From: Takakia lepidozioides
Lineage: Eukaryota; Plantae; Bryophyta
Direction of reading: 5' to 3'
Length of the DNA stretch: 64,000 nucleotides
Assembly (NCBI GenBank): GCA_030704615.1
Contig: CM060732.1
Span: 51,026,001 to 51,090,000 of the forward strand
This document shows positions 48,639 to 58,560 of the stretch, piece by piece; the stretch's first letter is position 1, and the number at the start of each line of letters is the position of its first letter. The notes beneath the pieces were generated by a model. That model saw only the letters and a program-made list of their open reading frames with translations, made no database searches and had not been told where the DNA came from. The position numbers and the translations under genes are program-made.

Positions 48639-50852
48639 TCACCAGTAATCCCCACAAGAACAGACCCCATCTTGGAAGTGGTGAAAGCGGCTGGCATCCC
48701 GCACAACAATTGCTCGACCAACAATCTTGGAGAAAAATTTGATGGCCGTATGGCAGTCTCCACAAACCCGAAGATTCTTGATGACACGCAGAGGCGTCCC
48801 AGAGGCCGTGCTGATGATCCCAAATGCAACAGCAAGCTTCTCACTATGGCGGCAAAGAGAGAAACCCTTTTGCTCCTCATCAACATCATGCAATGCAAAG
48901 CTCGTGTCGGCCACATATCCAGCCTCCTTAATCTGCCGAAACAATCTCTCCAGCTCAGCATGAATGTCCTCAATTTCTGGATGCAAATTGTCTTCTACAA
49001 GAAATGTATGCACTGAATTGTTGACCTCAATGGAGCTGAGCCCTGGCACCTTTCTTACACCTCTGTCCTTCATCATTTTTCTTACCTTTGCTTGATCCTC
49101 CCACCTTCCGGCTGCTGCATAAATGTTTGATAGCAGCACATAAGTTGGAGCATGATGTGGATCCCATTTAAGAAGGCTTTTTGCTGCTCGCTCTGCTACC
49201 TTCACATCACCATGAATTCTGCAGGCACCAAGCAAGGACCCCCATACTGAGCTACCTGGTTGGATTGGCATTTTCTTAATGAAATCCTCAGCCTCCTTCA
49301 AAAGCCCTGCACGGCCAAGAAGGTCCACCATGCAGCCAAAATGCTCCAGTGAGGGGGTGAGGCCATGATCTCGACTCATGGAATGAAAGTAGTGACGGCC
49401 CTCAGCCACTAGGCCCACATGCCTACATGCAGAGAGGACACATGTAAAGGTGACTCCATCTGGCTGAAAGCCTTCCTGTTGCATCTGTTTGAACAGTTGC
49501 AGGGCATCCATACCACACCCATGCTGAGCATATCCTGCGATCATTGCATTCCATGCGACCACATCTCGGTGAGCCATCTTGTCGAGCACTTTGCGTGCAT
49601 CTTTCATGCTCCCGCATTTTGCATACATATCAACAAGGGCAGTCTCCAAAATGGTATTTGAGGCAATTCCAGCTTTTATGATGTCAGCATGCACTTCCTT
49701 GCCCTTTTCTAAAGCTGCCAGGCTGGCACACGCATTGAGAACACAAGTGAAGGTGAATTCGTTTGGCATCACCCCTCCACGTGTCATTTGTTCATAGATA
49801 TCCAAAGCCTCTCTACCACACCCATGCTGAGCATATCCTGCTATCATCGTAGTCCATAAGACCACATCCCGATGAGACATGTTGTCAAACACTGGACGTG
49901 CATCTTTCATGCTCCCACATTTAGCATACATGTTAGCCAGGGCAGTCTCCAGAATGATATCTGGGGCAATTCCGGCTTTGATGATGTCCGCATGAATATC
50001 TTTGCCCTTTTCCAGGGCATCCAGGCTGGCACAGGCATTGAGGATGCAAATGTAAGTGACCTTGTTGGGCCACACCCCTTCCCGCCTCATTTGCTGATAG
50101 ATATTGAAAGCCTCCCTACCACACCCATGCTGAGCATATCCTGCAATCATCACATTCCATGAGACCACATCTCGTTGAGCCATAGAGTCAAAAACTTGAC
50201 AAGCATCCATCACACTGCCACACTTGGCATACATGTCGACAAGGGTATTCTCCAGAATGATATCTGGGAGACTTCTAGTTTTCATGATGTCGGCATGAAC
50301 CTCTTTGCCCTTTTTCAGGGCTGCCAGGCTGGCACAAGCATTCAAAACACAAGTGAATGTGACCTTGTTGGGCATCACCCGTTTTCGTTGCATTTGCTCA
50401 TAGATATCCAACCCCTTCCTACTACACCCATGCTTGGCATACCCTGCTATCATTATGTTCCATGTAACTATGTTTGCTTCAGGCATTTTGTCAAAAACGT
50501 GGCGTGCATCCACCAAGCTCCCACACTTGGCATACATGTTAACAAGGGTGTTGAGTAGGAAAATGTTTGGCTTGAATCCACTTTGGATGATGTGGGCGTG
50601 CACCTGTTTTCCCTCTGCTAGGCCTTTGATGTTGATACACTCCTGCAATAGACAGACATAAGTAGTAAAGTCTGCCGAAATGCCTTGTTGGTTTAAAATG
50701 TGCAGTGCCTCTTTCAGTTGTCCTGCCTTACATTGCGTCCTTACATCCGTACAACTGCCCAAAGAGTCCTTGTTGACTCCCTTTCTTGGTCCTCTTGCAG
50801 TGGTCGCAGAGGGAGTTCCTGATTGAAAAGATTCCTGATTTACCCCTGCCAT
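48639..50852 (-). CDS. PLS-class PPR protein with E1-E2-DYW domains (organellar C-to-U RNA editing factor)
   Basis: 14 PPR motifs, (L-S-P)x3-L-S-P2-L2-S2, then PG box (VPGLSSIEV), HSEKLA, CGDCH and terminal DYW. A CAG acceptor one base before the ATG implies an upstream exon. Confidence 0.97.
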   Translation of the reverse strand: MAGVNQESFQSGTPSATTARGPRKGVNKDSLGSCTDVRTQCKAGQLKEALHILNQQGISADFTTYVCLLQECINIKGLAEGKQVHAHIIQSGFKPNIFLLNTLVNMYAKCGSLVDARHVFDKMPEANIVTWNIMIAGYAKHGCSRKGLDIYEQMQRKRVMPNKVTFTCVLNACASLAALKKGKEVHADIMKTRSLPDIILENTLVDMYAKCGSVMDACQVFDSMAQRDVVSWNVMIAGYAQHGCGREAFNIYQQMRREGVWPNKVTYICILNACASLDALEKGKDIHADIIKAGIAPDIILETALANMYAKCGSMKDARPVFDNMSHRDVVLWTTMIAGYAQHGCGREALDIYEQMTRGGVMPNEFTFTCVLNACASLAALEKGKEVHADIIKAGIASNTILETALVDMYAKCGSMKDARKVLDKMAHRDVVAWNAMIAGYAQHGCGMDALQLFKQMQQEGFQPDGVTFTCVLSACRHVGLVAEGRHYFHSMSRDHGLTPSLEHFGCMVDLLGRAGLLKEAEDFIKKMPIQPGSSVWGSLLGACRIHGDVKVAERAAKSLLKWDPHHAPTYVLLSNIYAAAGRWEDQAKVRKMMKDRGVRKVPGLSSIEVNNSVHTFLVEDNLHPEIEDIHAELERLFRQIKEAGYVADTSFALHDVDEEQKGFSLCRHSEKLAVAFGIISTASGTPLRVIKNLRVCGDCHTAIKFFSKIVGRAIVVRDASRFHHFQDGVCSCGDYW

Positions 50853-52019
50853 CCTGGATTACTCAAAACCCTCAGTTTCCAAACCTGTACTTTCAAACGC
50901 ACATCATACATCTTGAAGCACCCAACATACCCCCGAAGACTTGAAGACAGCCTTCAGCTACATTTGGCAGGGTTTTTCTGTTGGTTACTCTTCTACCTTA
51001 TGACATGAACATAACATCCTCATACATATTCAGATATCTCCATACTTGCAATTACGGGTAGCCAAAAAAGAAGTACTGTGAAGATCTGATCTACAGTTAG
51101 GTATTTTCAGTAGTGAATAGCAGAAACAAACAGCAAAAAAAAGGAAATAGGGAGAAAATGGAAAGCAAAAGAAGCAAGGACAAAATAACATACGAATACG
51201 AACAAAACAGTGAACACGGATTCATCTTGAACCCATAAACTTAGAATAGCCGCAGAGACTTGGTGACTGTCTCTCACCAATCCATGGACTAAGAAGAACG
51301 ACAACATGGATGGTTGTGACAAGCCACCATCCCTTGCCCATTGACTTCATCATCGCCTGACAGTGGGTTTAGGTTTATGCACAGAGGACAACCAACATAC
51401 AGAGTTTCTGTCATTTCTGGATGTAACGGGAAAACTCAGTCATGTTGTTGGCTATCACTTGAAGAAAGTGCGAGGAAACAAGCCAAAGAAGACAAAAAAC
51501 GGAAACATATGAGGGGATAAGAACGAAGAAGAAAAAGAAGAGAAAAGAAAACGGAGAAGAGAAGGAGGAAGAGATAAAGGGGTAAGTCAACTCCTTGTAG
51601 TAATCCATGTTCACAATAAATATACCAACTGGGATACAAGCGGCAATGCCATTACTATCTGTTTTAGCATGGACTACCAAGAACTGGTGACAGATAGTTC
51701 ACCACATAAATTATCTGCATAAGACTCCCTTGTTGTGTACTCCTATGCACAACCCAACACAATGCTCCTGTGCCATTGCTGTCTTAAAGGGACGTAGCGA
51801 CTAACCCATCATTCAAAAACATAAGAACTCTACTCCTTGGGATCTGGAGTGCATGGATCACGGTCCCCTCTCATAGAAATATTTATGTGGGTACATGGCA
51901 GAAGACACCATGCAACTAACAGAGACAGATGAAAGTTTGGGATGTCTGCATTTGCAAAAAGAAGGAACTGTCGTACTGGAATTGTCTGGAAAATCCCCTT
52001 CTGCTTGCGCTCATCATGC

Positions 52020-52116
52020 ACTTTTCCTCCAACTGCCCGTCTAGCAACGTAAGTTTCTTACAGCTTTCAATCCACATTAGCTTGTTGGGCTTGAAATCTG
52101 GTCCTCTGGCACTAAT
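52020..52116 (-). pseudogene. PDF-motif exon remnant (second half) upstream of the PPR-DYW gene
   Basis: GGGTGCAG acceptor then ISARGPDFKPNKLMWIESCKKLTLLDGQL. DNA is homologous to 37996-38088. Confidence 0.65.
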
Positions 52117-52559
52117 CTGCACCCCAGACACCATCCATGCCCCCTTCAGCAAACCCTGCACGCACAGCAAATTTCATGCTTACATCTCTACTTGTATAGC
52201 TGACAAAGGATACAAATCTCGAAATACAGAGTAAAGGCCTCGCAAGTCAGAAATTTGTGATTGGTGACAAGATCTGTAAAAAAGTGAAGTGTGAGGGAGA
52301 GATGTAGAAGAGAGAACGTACTCATAAGACGTTGCTTGTCCTTGGCTTGTGGCCGTAGACCCCAAGCCCAGTTTGGGCAGAACAAGAGGGAACAGACACT
52401 ACCTTTGTGAGGGGCTCACTCCAGCAGTGGGACTTACCCTTGGTATAAACAATCAGTTCAAGCTTTCCAGAAGACCTTCCCACAACTGCTGTGTGTGAGC
52501 TGCCTGACAATTAGACCCTGACAGGGCCAGGGCTTTAGGCTCAGCCTCGACAGTTTTAA

Positions 52560-53030
52560 AATTGGTAAACAAAGGTGCAGGGACTATGTTCTTGATGGTC
52601 CTGAAAGAGGGTTGCTCTAGATTTGAGGAGATCGTCTCTCTGGTGAGAGGACCCCGGACAGTGAATCAGAAAATGAATATTGTCTTCAGGTAGCCCTCAC
52701 AACGGGCAATTGCACTCTCCCTTTCCTCTCTGCCTCTGTTTGCTGTTCAAAGGTAGGCTTCCCGCCCCGAGTTTAAATTTCAGTCTAGTGCCAAGAGTGG
52801 GTAGACCCTTGAGGTCATCCATGATGTCCTCCCCCATGTCACAGACTGGAAACAAGTTCAGGGAAGTTTTCTGCCTAACTTCATTGTGGCAAGAGAGAGA
52901 GAGAGAGTTGTCCTTACAAGCATTGAATACAGCATATCTTTGCAGCACTAATCCCACCAAGATACTAACCTTCCCAGGGTCTGGTCCTAGGGTTTTGGTC
53001 CACAAAGAGAAAATAAAGCATAAATAGTCA
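52560..53030 (-). mobile_element. LINE 3' fragment with CCHC zinc finger
   Basis: TRLKFKLGAGSLPLN...CPL*GLPEDNIHFLIHCP is a typical non-LTR ORF2 C-terminus. Confidence 0.6.
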
Positions 53031-53596
53031 TACTCCTCATTGTCGACAAACCAATCAGATCCCAGGGAACGAGTGTTGAATTAAGGGCTGATATAGGCAT
53101 CGTGTTATAAAGCATAACGTTGATGTCAGTAATGCCACAATCCAGTTACAGGGAATCGAGGGTTGATTGACATACTGGGATTTCCCTCATAGTAGAAGCT
53201 ATGGGTTTGATCCCAGCATTGCTCCTCTAGGCCTCTAGTGTGCATTAGTTGTGATACCTGATAGATGTGGTTGTTGAGTTCCATGGTGTTGATTGGTAAT
53301 TGATGCACTAGCATTGGCCTCATACTGGAAACCATGAGCTTGATCCAGCAGTGACCTCTATCCAGCAGATGTGACCTGCCCAGTAGATACAGGAGAAAGG
53401 TTAGCCAGAGACAGAGAATGAATGTACACATAAGATGTTGTTTGCCGTAGCCTTGTGGCCATCGACCCCGCGCCCAGTTTGAGCGGAACACAAAGGGAGC
53501 CAGAGAGAGAGAGAGAGAGAGATGGCTAACATCAATTTGCACGACTGTTTTTGAGCGCATCTCGGTTGCTTTAGTCGTACCAAAAGAAGCATTCAC

Positions 53597-53665
53597 CTTC
53601 CTGCCATGATTGTCCCACTTTTGACTGGGTTTTGACATCTATTCGTTCCAAAATATTCTCCACTC
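53597..53665 (-). pseudogene. PDF-motif exon remnant (first half)
   Basis: ...KPSQKWDNHGRK followed by donor GTGAATG. DNA is homologous to 37745-37818. Confidence 0.6.
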
Positions 53666-56023
53666 TGTAATTGGCTGTTTGGATATTGCCTACAACCACG
53701 TAGCAGTAACATAGACCACTTACAAACTCCATAATTAGAAAGTAGGGAGCTGTTTCCATTTGGAAACTAGACATACATCTCTGGAAAGAATAAACTCACC
53801 TGAAACTTACACTGGGCCATGAGATGAAAAATGTTGGCAGCAGCGAGAGTGCTACTTTGCCCTGCATGACTGCAATCATAGCTACTCGTAACTGCAGCAA
53901 GCCAATCATGCCCAAATATCAGGCAGAGGGTTTGGCTGATGGGTAACCTAACTGTCAGAGGTAGGCAGCCTACTCTTTGTTCGAGCTTAAGCCACACTCC
54001 TCCAATCTCTTCTTTTCTGCCCCTTTTCCCAAATTCATGACATATAACACGGCATCTTGTAGCCATCTCTCCATGCACCTGCTTGTTGGTATGAGGAACC
54101 TTAACCAGCTTCTAGGGCAAGTGTCGGCAAAACCTAACCTTGCTCTTCCAGAGTCCCTGTTCAATGTCACAATGGTAGGCAGCTGTTGCTCCCCTATCCA
54201 AGTGCTTCATCTCCATGTCATAGGCCAGATGGCCAATGAGGTGCACTCTGTATGCGATTTCCTTGTTGGATGTGACCAAAGGCGGTGGGGGCCCTCATTG
54301 TTCTCCACTTCCAGGTGACCTCCTTGCTCATTCCTGTGTCCATCAACCTGAGTCCTCTTGACTTCGTCTCTGCTGCCCCGCAATTGCTTGTACTGTCTGA
54401 CACAAATCTGAACGCAGCAATACGGCTTGGAAGGTGCAGGTGGAGGATACAGAGTATAACGCCCACACCTTCTTGAATTTTTCAGCACAGGGCCAGGCTT
54501 GCCAGGGGCGTCTGCTGGGAGATGCTTTCGAGGGAACCCGGAGATGCCTCAGGAACATGTCTGGAAGAAGGCCCCGGCGAAGGAGAAGGGATGTGCTTCC
54601 TGTGCCTTCTCCAACTCTTCAAACAAATGCTGAGAGATTTCAGTATGGAAGAGGAGTCCAATTGAGGGAAAAAACAACTCAAGAATTTAAGACCCAGAGA
54701 GGACGACATTCAAATTGTGAACAATCTCAACCTCCTCGAGCATTGGAACCAAGGCAACTTATGCAGAGACCTGAGCTCATTCATTTTCGGCTATGTGTCA
54801 TTTGTGAAGTGAAAAAGAAAAGACTTCCCCCACAAAAGAGTGTGATCTTGCAAACTTGGAGTGAGGTGAGCGACTGAGCCCCTAGGAGAGAGTGAAGGTA
54901 AGAAGCAACAACCCCCAAAGGAGAGGTGAGCTACTAGACCCATCCACTAGGTTTTGGTAGGATCCATTTAGCAAGTTGGGAGCACTTCAAGATAGGAGAG
55001 AAGCTTATTTTTCATTGTCATTTGTGAACTGTTATCTAACTCATTCAGTCAAAGAGATGAGCAGCTCGCTTCTTAGACAACAGAATTCCACTCAACTAGA
55101 CTACTAGCCTATCCATCAGATAAGACGGATACAACGGTTGAGCATCAGGTGATCATTACCTGACCACTGTTCACACGATAAGATCTGTCAATGATGCCCG
55201 TAACAGCAGTACAGCTTTTCCTTCTGAGTAACTGGAGATTCATGACTGGTGGCTAGCACCCTGCTTGCTCCCAGGAATACCGACTGATCTACTTCATTCG
55301 TGAGTCGATGGCCTCCATGGTCATGATGATATGAGCTGCAAGCGTGCACTCCAAGAAGCCGCTACACCAGTCCATAGTGAATTCTCATGTACAGAGAGTG
55401 CGTTCCAGCCCTAACCCTATTTGCAGTCGTCTTGAGCTTCGTACTTGTACTCACGGCTCAAACTACGAGAAGAGTTTCTGGGTGGCATCTTCAACTCCTC
55501 AGTGATAATTCGATGATCCTTTGCAGAGAACTGCGTCTCTTCGAATTGTTTCAAGGAGAGAGTCACATCCCCGATGTGGAAGACTGCGCTCTTTGTTCCC
55601 CGAGTAGTTTTTAACTATTCTTGACGTGAAACAGTGGATGATCTTTGAGTTCAGCTCTAGCTTCAACTATGAGTTATTACGTGGTCTTGGAGCTTGCATT
55701 GTTGTTCACTACTCCGGAGGGTTCCCATGCACGTCCCCAATGTTCCTTCTCTGGATTGAACTGGTAGCCTAATGGGAGGAAGGAGTGTATGTTTGTGAGG
55801 CACAGAGAGAGCAAGCGATGGAGTCACAAAATCCAGAAAGAGGTAGGGGGACGGGACCAAGGAAGGGAATTCCTTTGTATTTGGAAGCTGTGCGCACACC
55901 AAGAACGGACTCGAGAAATCCCACAAAGGGAGTGAGAGATTCGTGGGTTGCCAAAGCATGGAATAGTAACATGTGACCGGAGCTATTTGCAGGTGTTTCA
56001 CGCTCGAGCAGTTTGAGAGAGAT

Positions 56024-57346
56024 ATGGCTGCCAGGGTGGTCGCCAAGCAAGCATTTGTGATAGCAGTAATTGCAGGCATGCTGGTTCTCTTGCTGCCGCG
56101 TCTACGTCCGCTAGATTACCACCAATTGATCCCCTTTCAAGATTTCTCGGTTCCTGCAGCTATGGTGCTATGGAAAGATGTTCCCGAACTAAGGTGGAAG
56201 GCTTGCCCTTGGTGGGTTGCCCCTAATCCTTCGCTTGCAAATGTAGCAGAGAAGAGCAATGGCTACATCATAGTAGAATGCTATGGTGGCCTGAACCAGA
56301 TGCGGCGAGACCTCTGCAATGGTGTCGGAATAGCTAAATTGCTGAATGCAACGTTTCTTCTTCCACAGTTTGATGCTTCGCTATACTGGAACGATACCAG
56401 CGGATTTGCAGACATTTTCGATGTGGAATTCTTCATAGAACATATGAAGGGCTGGGTGCAGATTGCCAGGGAAGTCTCGCCAGCTATGACTTCCAAGATT
56501 CCGTATTCTGTGCAGTGCCATAAACGCAACATGCCTTTTGATTATGTCGAGGAAGTGCTGCCGGCGCTGCTCAGGCATGGAATTGTTGTCCTCCGGCCTG
56601 CTGCTAGCCAGCGAGCTGATCGCTATCCAGTTATGGCGAAGAGGGCGAGGTGCGAGGCCTGCTTTCGTGCGCTTCGACTGGTGAAGCATCTCCAAGACAA
56701 AGCGACTGTCATTCTTCACCAAATTCCTAGACCCTTCGTGGCGCTCCATCTTAGATTTGAGCCCGACATGGTTGCTTACAGTCGTTGCATCTATAACGAC
56801 CTCGCAAACACGTCCGCTGTAGCCATCGATGCGGCTCGCGGTGGCCGGAAACCATGGGAAGGAAAGCTTCAAGAGTCTTGGAGGAAGAGAGGGAAATGCC
56901 CACTCACTCCACGCGAAGCCGTCTTCCTTCTTCGTGCTCTTCGAATCCCGACCACCATGCCCGTCTATCTGGCTGCTGGATCGGGACTGCTAGAGAAGGA
57001 AAGTTTCACTGAGACATTTGCTGTCACTCACACCAAATTGAGTTTGTTAGGCAAGGATGTATTGAGAAAACTGAGAGGAAACAGCAGAGCAGCAATTGAT
57101 TACTATGTTTCTCTCCATAGTGATGTGTATATAGCCACTTTCTTTGGCAACATGGACAAAATGGTGGTGGCAGAGAGGGTTCTGGCAGGGAGGCAGAAGA
57201 CTCTTGTCTTGAACAGGAAAGCCTTTGCTGAGGCAACATGGAAAAGCCTAGGTCAGAAAGAGCTTGCAAAGCTCATGTGGCACACTCACAAGCAAGCGCT
57301 TGTGAGTGGCCATGCCTTACCTTTGCCTGACTGCTTTTGTGGTTAA
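56024..57346 (+). CDS. OFUT13: O-fucosyltransferase family protein (DUF246), OFUT13-like, single coding exon
   Basis: N-terminal TM helix. Motifs NGYIIVECYGGLNQMRRDLC, ALHLRFEPDMVAYS, GKCPLTP, AAIDY, FFGNMDK and LPDCFC. First ATG is at 56024; the ORF track start is a GTG. Confidence 0.93.
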   Translation: MAARVVAKQAFVIAVIAGMLVLLLPRLRPLDYHQLIPFQDFSVPAAMVLWKDVPELRWKACPWWVAPNPSLANVAEKSNGYIIVECYGGLNQMRRDLCNGVGIAKLLNATFLLPQFDASLYWNDTSGFADIFDVEFFIEHMKGWVQIAREVSPAMTSKIPYSVQCHKRNMPFDYVEEVLPALLRHGIVVLRPAASQRADRYPVMAKRARCEACFRALRLVKHLQDKATVILHQIPRPFVALHLRFEPDMVAYSRCIYNDLANTSAVAIDAARGGRKPWEGKLQESWRKRGKCPLTPREAVFLLRALRIPTTMPVYLAAGSGLLEKESFTETFAVTHTKLSLLGKDVLRKLRGNSRAAIDYYVSLHSDVYIATFFGNMDKMVVAERVLAGRQKTLVLNRKAFAEATWKSLGQKELAKLMWHTHKQALVSGHALPLPDCFCG

Positions 57347-58560
57347 GTGAAGGAACTTAAAATGTACAGACCTTCTTAGGCTGGTCGAGCTGATTGCTGG
57401 GCTGGGCTTGATCATTGGTGTCCTCCTCAATGCAGCTGACAAGGATTTGACCTTGCTTGATCATGGTATCTTGGTCTTGGGATCAATCAGGTCAGTACCC
57501 CCAATCCTTCTGCAAGTGAATTGCTTAATGAACCCTTCCCTCCTCCTTCTCTATTAGGTTGCTCACCTAGTCACAAACCCCCGCGGGAAATCTCCAACAA
57601 TTGGGGGCTTCTTTAACATTACCTCTTAACCGTGGATGACCTCTACATAATTGTGGATATACAAATATAGTGGATATGTCAGCAAGAGGTGCTGGCGATC
57701 ATTTCTGTGTGACTTAGCTCCAAAACAGTATCTTGACAAGGCCTAGGGATTGGCCAAGACTCAAGTGGGAGTTGGACCCACTGGCATGCCCAGCCACAGC
57801 TTGCATGTGGGTCAAATGCAATGTGGTCGTCACATGAATGCAATGCAGGATCAAGGCATGCCACCACATAAACATTACAACGCAAGGATAGAGTAACAAA
57901 CAATTCAGAACCGAGCTTGCTCTTCAGTCTTCTCTATCAGGAGCTGGGCATGAGTGGTCAGCAAGGTTGTTCGATCTTACCTCTAACCCCAAGCATTCCT
58001 TGCAGTCTCCACTGGGCCTGTACTGCAACATATGGATTTGCGATCCTCTCTTGGCAGTGTAAGTCCATCTTCCTGTCTTCCCTAGTGCCCATATGACGGC
58101 GATTTGAAGATTTTGAGGGGTAGGATGCAGTGATGATCCAATCTTCACTGATGACAAGGAAGTTACCCTTGTAGAATGGTCCCCAGGTCCACTGGTGAGA
58201 CCTCTCAATATAAAGTGCCCCTGTTTTGTGAGAAGGGGGATGAAAAGGCGCGTCAGCCATAGGGAGGATCTAGTGAGGAGAATGAAATCCAGATTTCTGT
58301 AAATGAGATGACATTCACACAAGCATGCAATATGGAATAAAATCCACCATTCCATTTGATGGGATGTCAAATGCTTGACATTTGATGGAAATGTTGATAA
58401 GGAACTCCTTAGTTTTGATATATGGAGTTGATGTTTGTATGGTGAAAAAATGGAAGACTACAATATTGGAGACATGTCTTATATCAGACAAATACACAGC
58501 TAGATTTTCTGTATAATTTGGCATCGGCATTTCCAGCTTCGACATTCAACCAGTATCCAT

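Noticed and set aside
48639-49060. U-to-C (DYW:KP type) editing factor
   Set aside because: The domain has a canonical PG box, HSEKLA and a DYW terminus, which is the C-to-U type.
53900-55050. Gypsy gag/LTR remnant
   Set aside because: Only a vague zinc-knuckle-like stretch and LTR-like composition are visible; no boundaries can be defined.
57560-58545. Copia remnant between OFUT13 and HGSNAT
   Set aside because: Motif similarity is too weak to call by eye.
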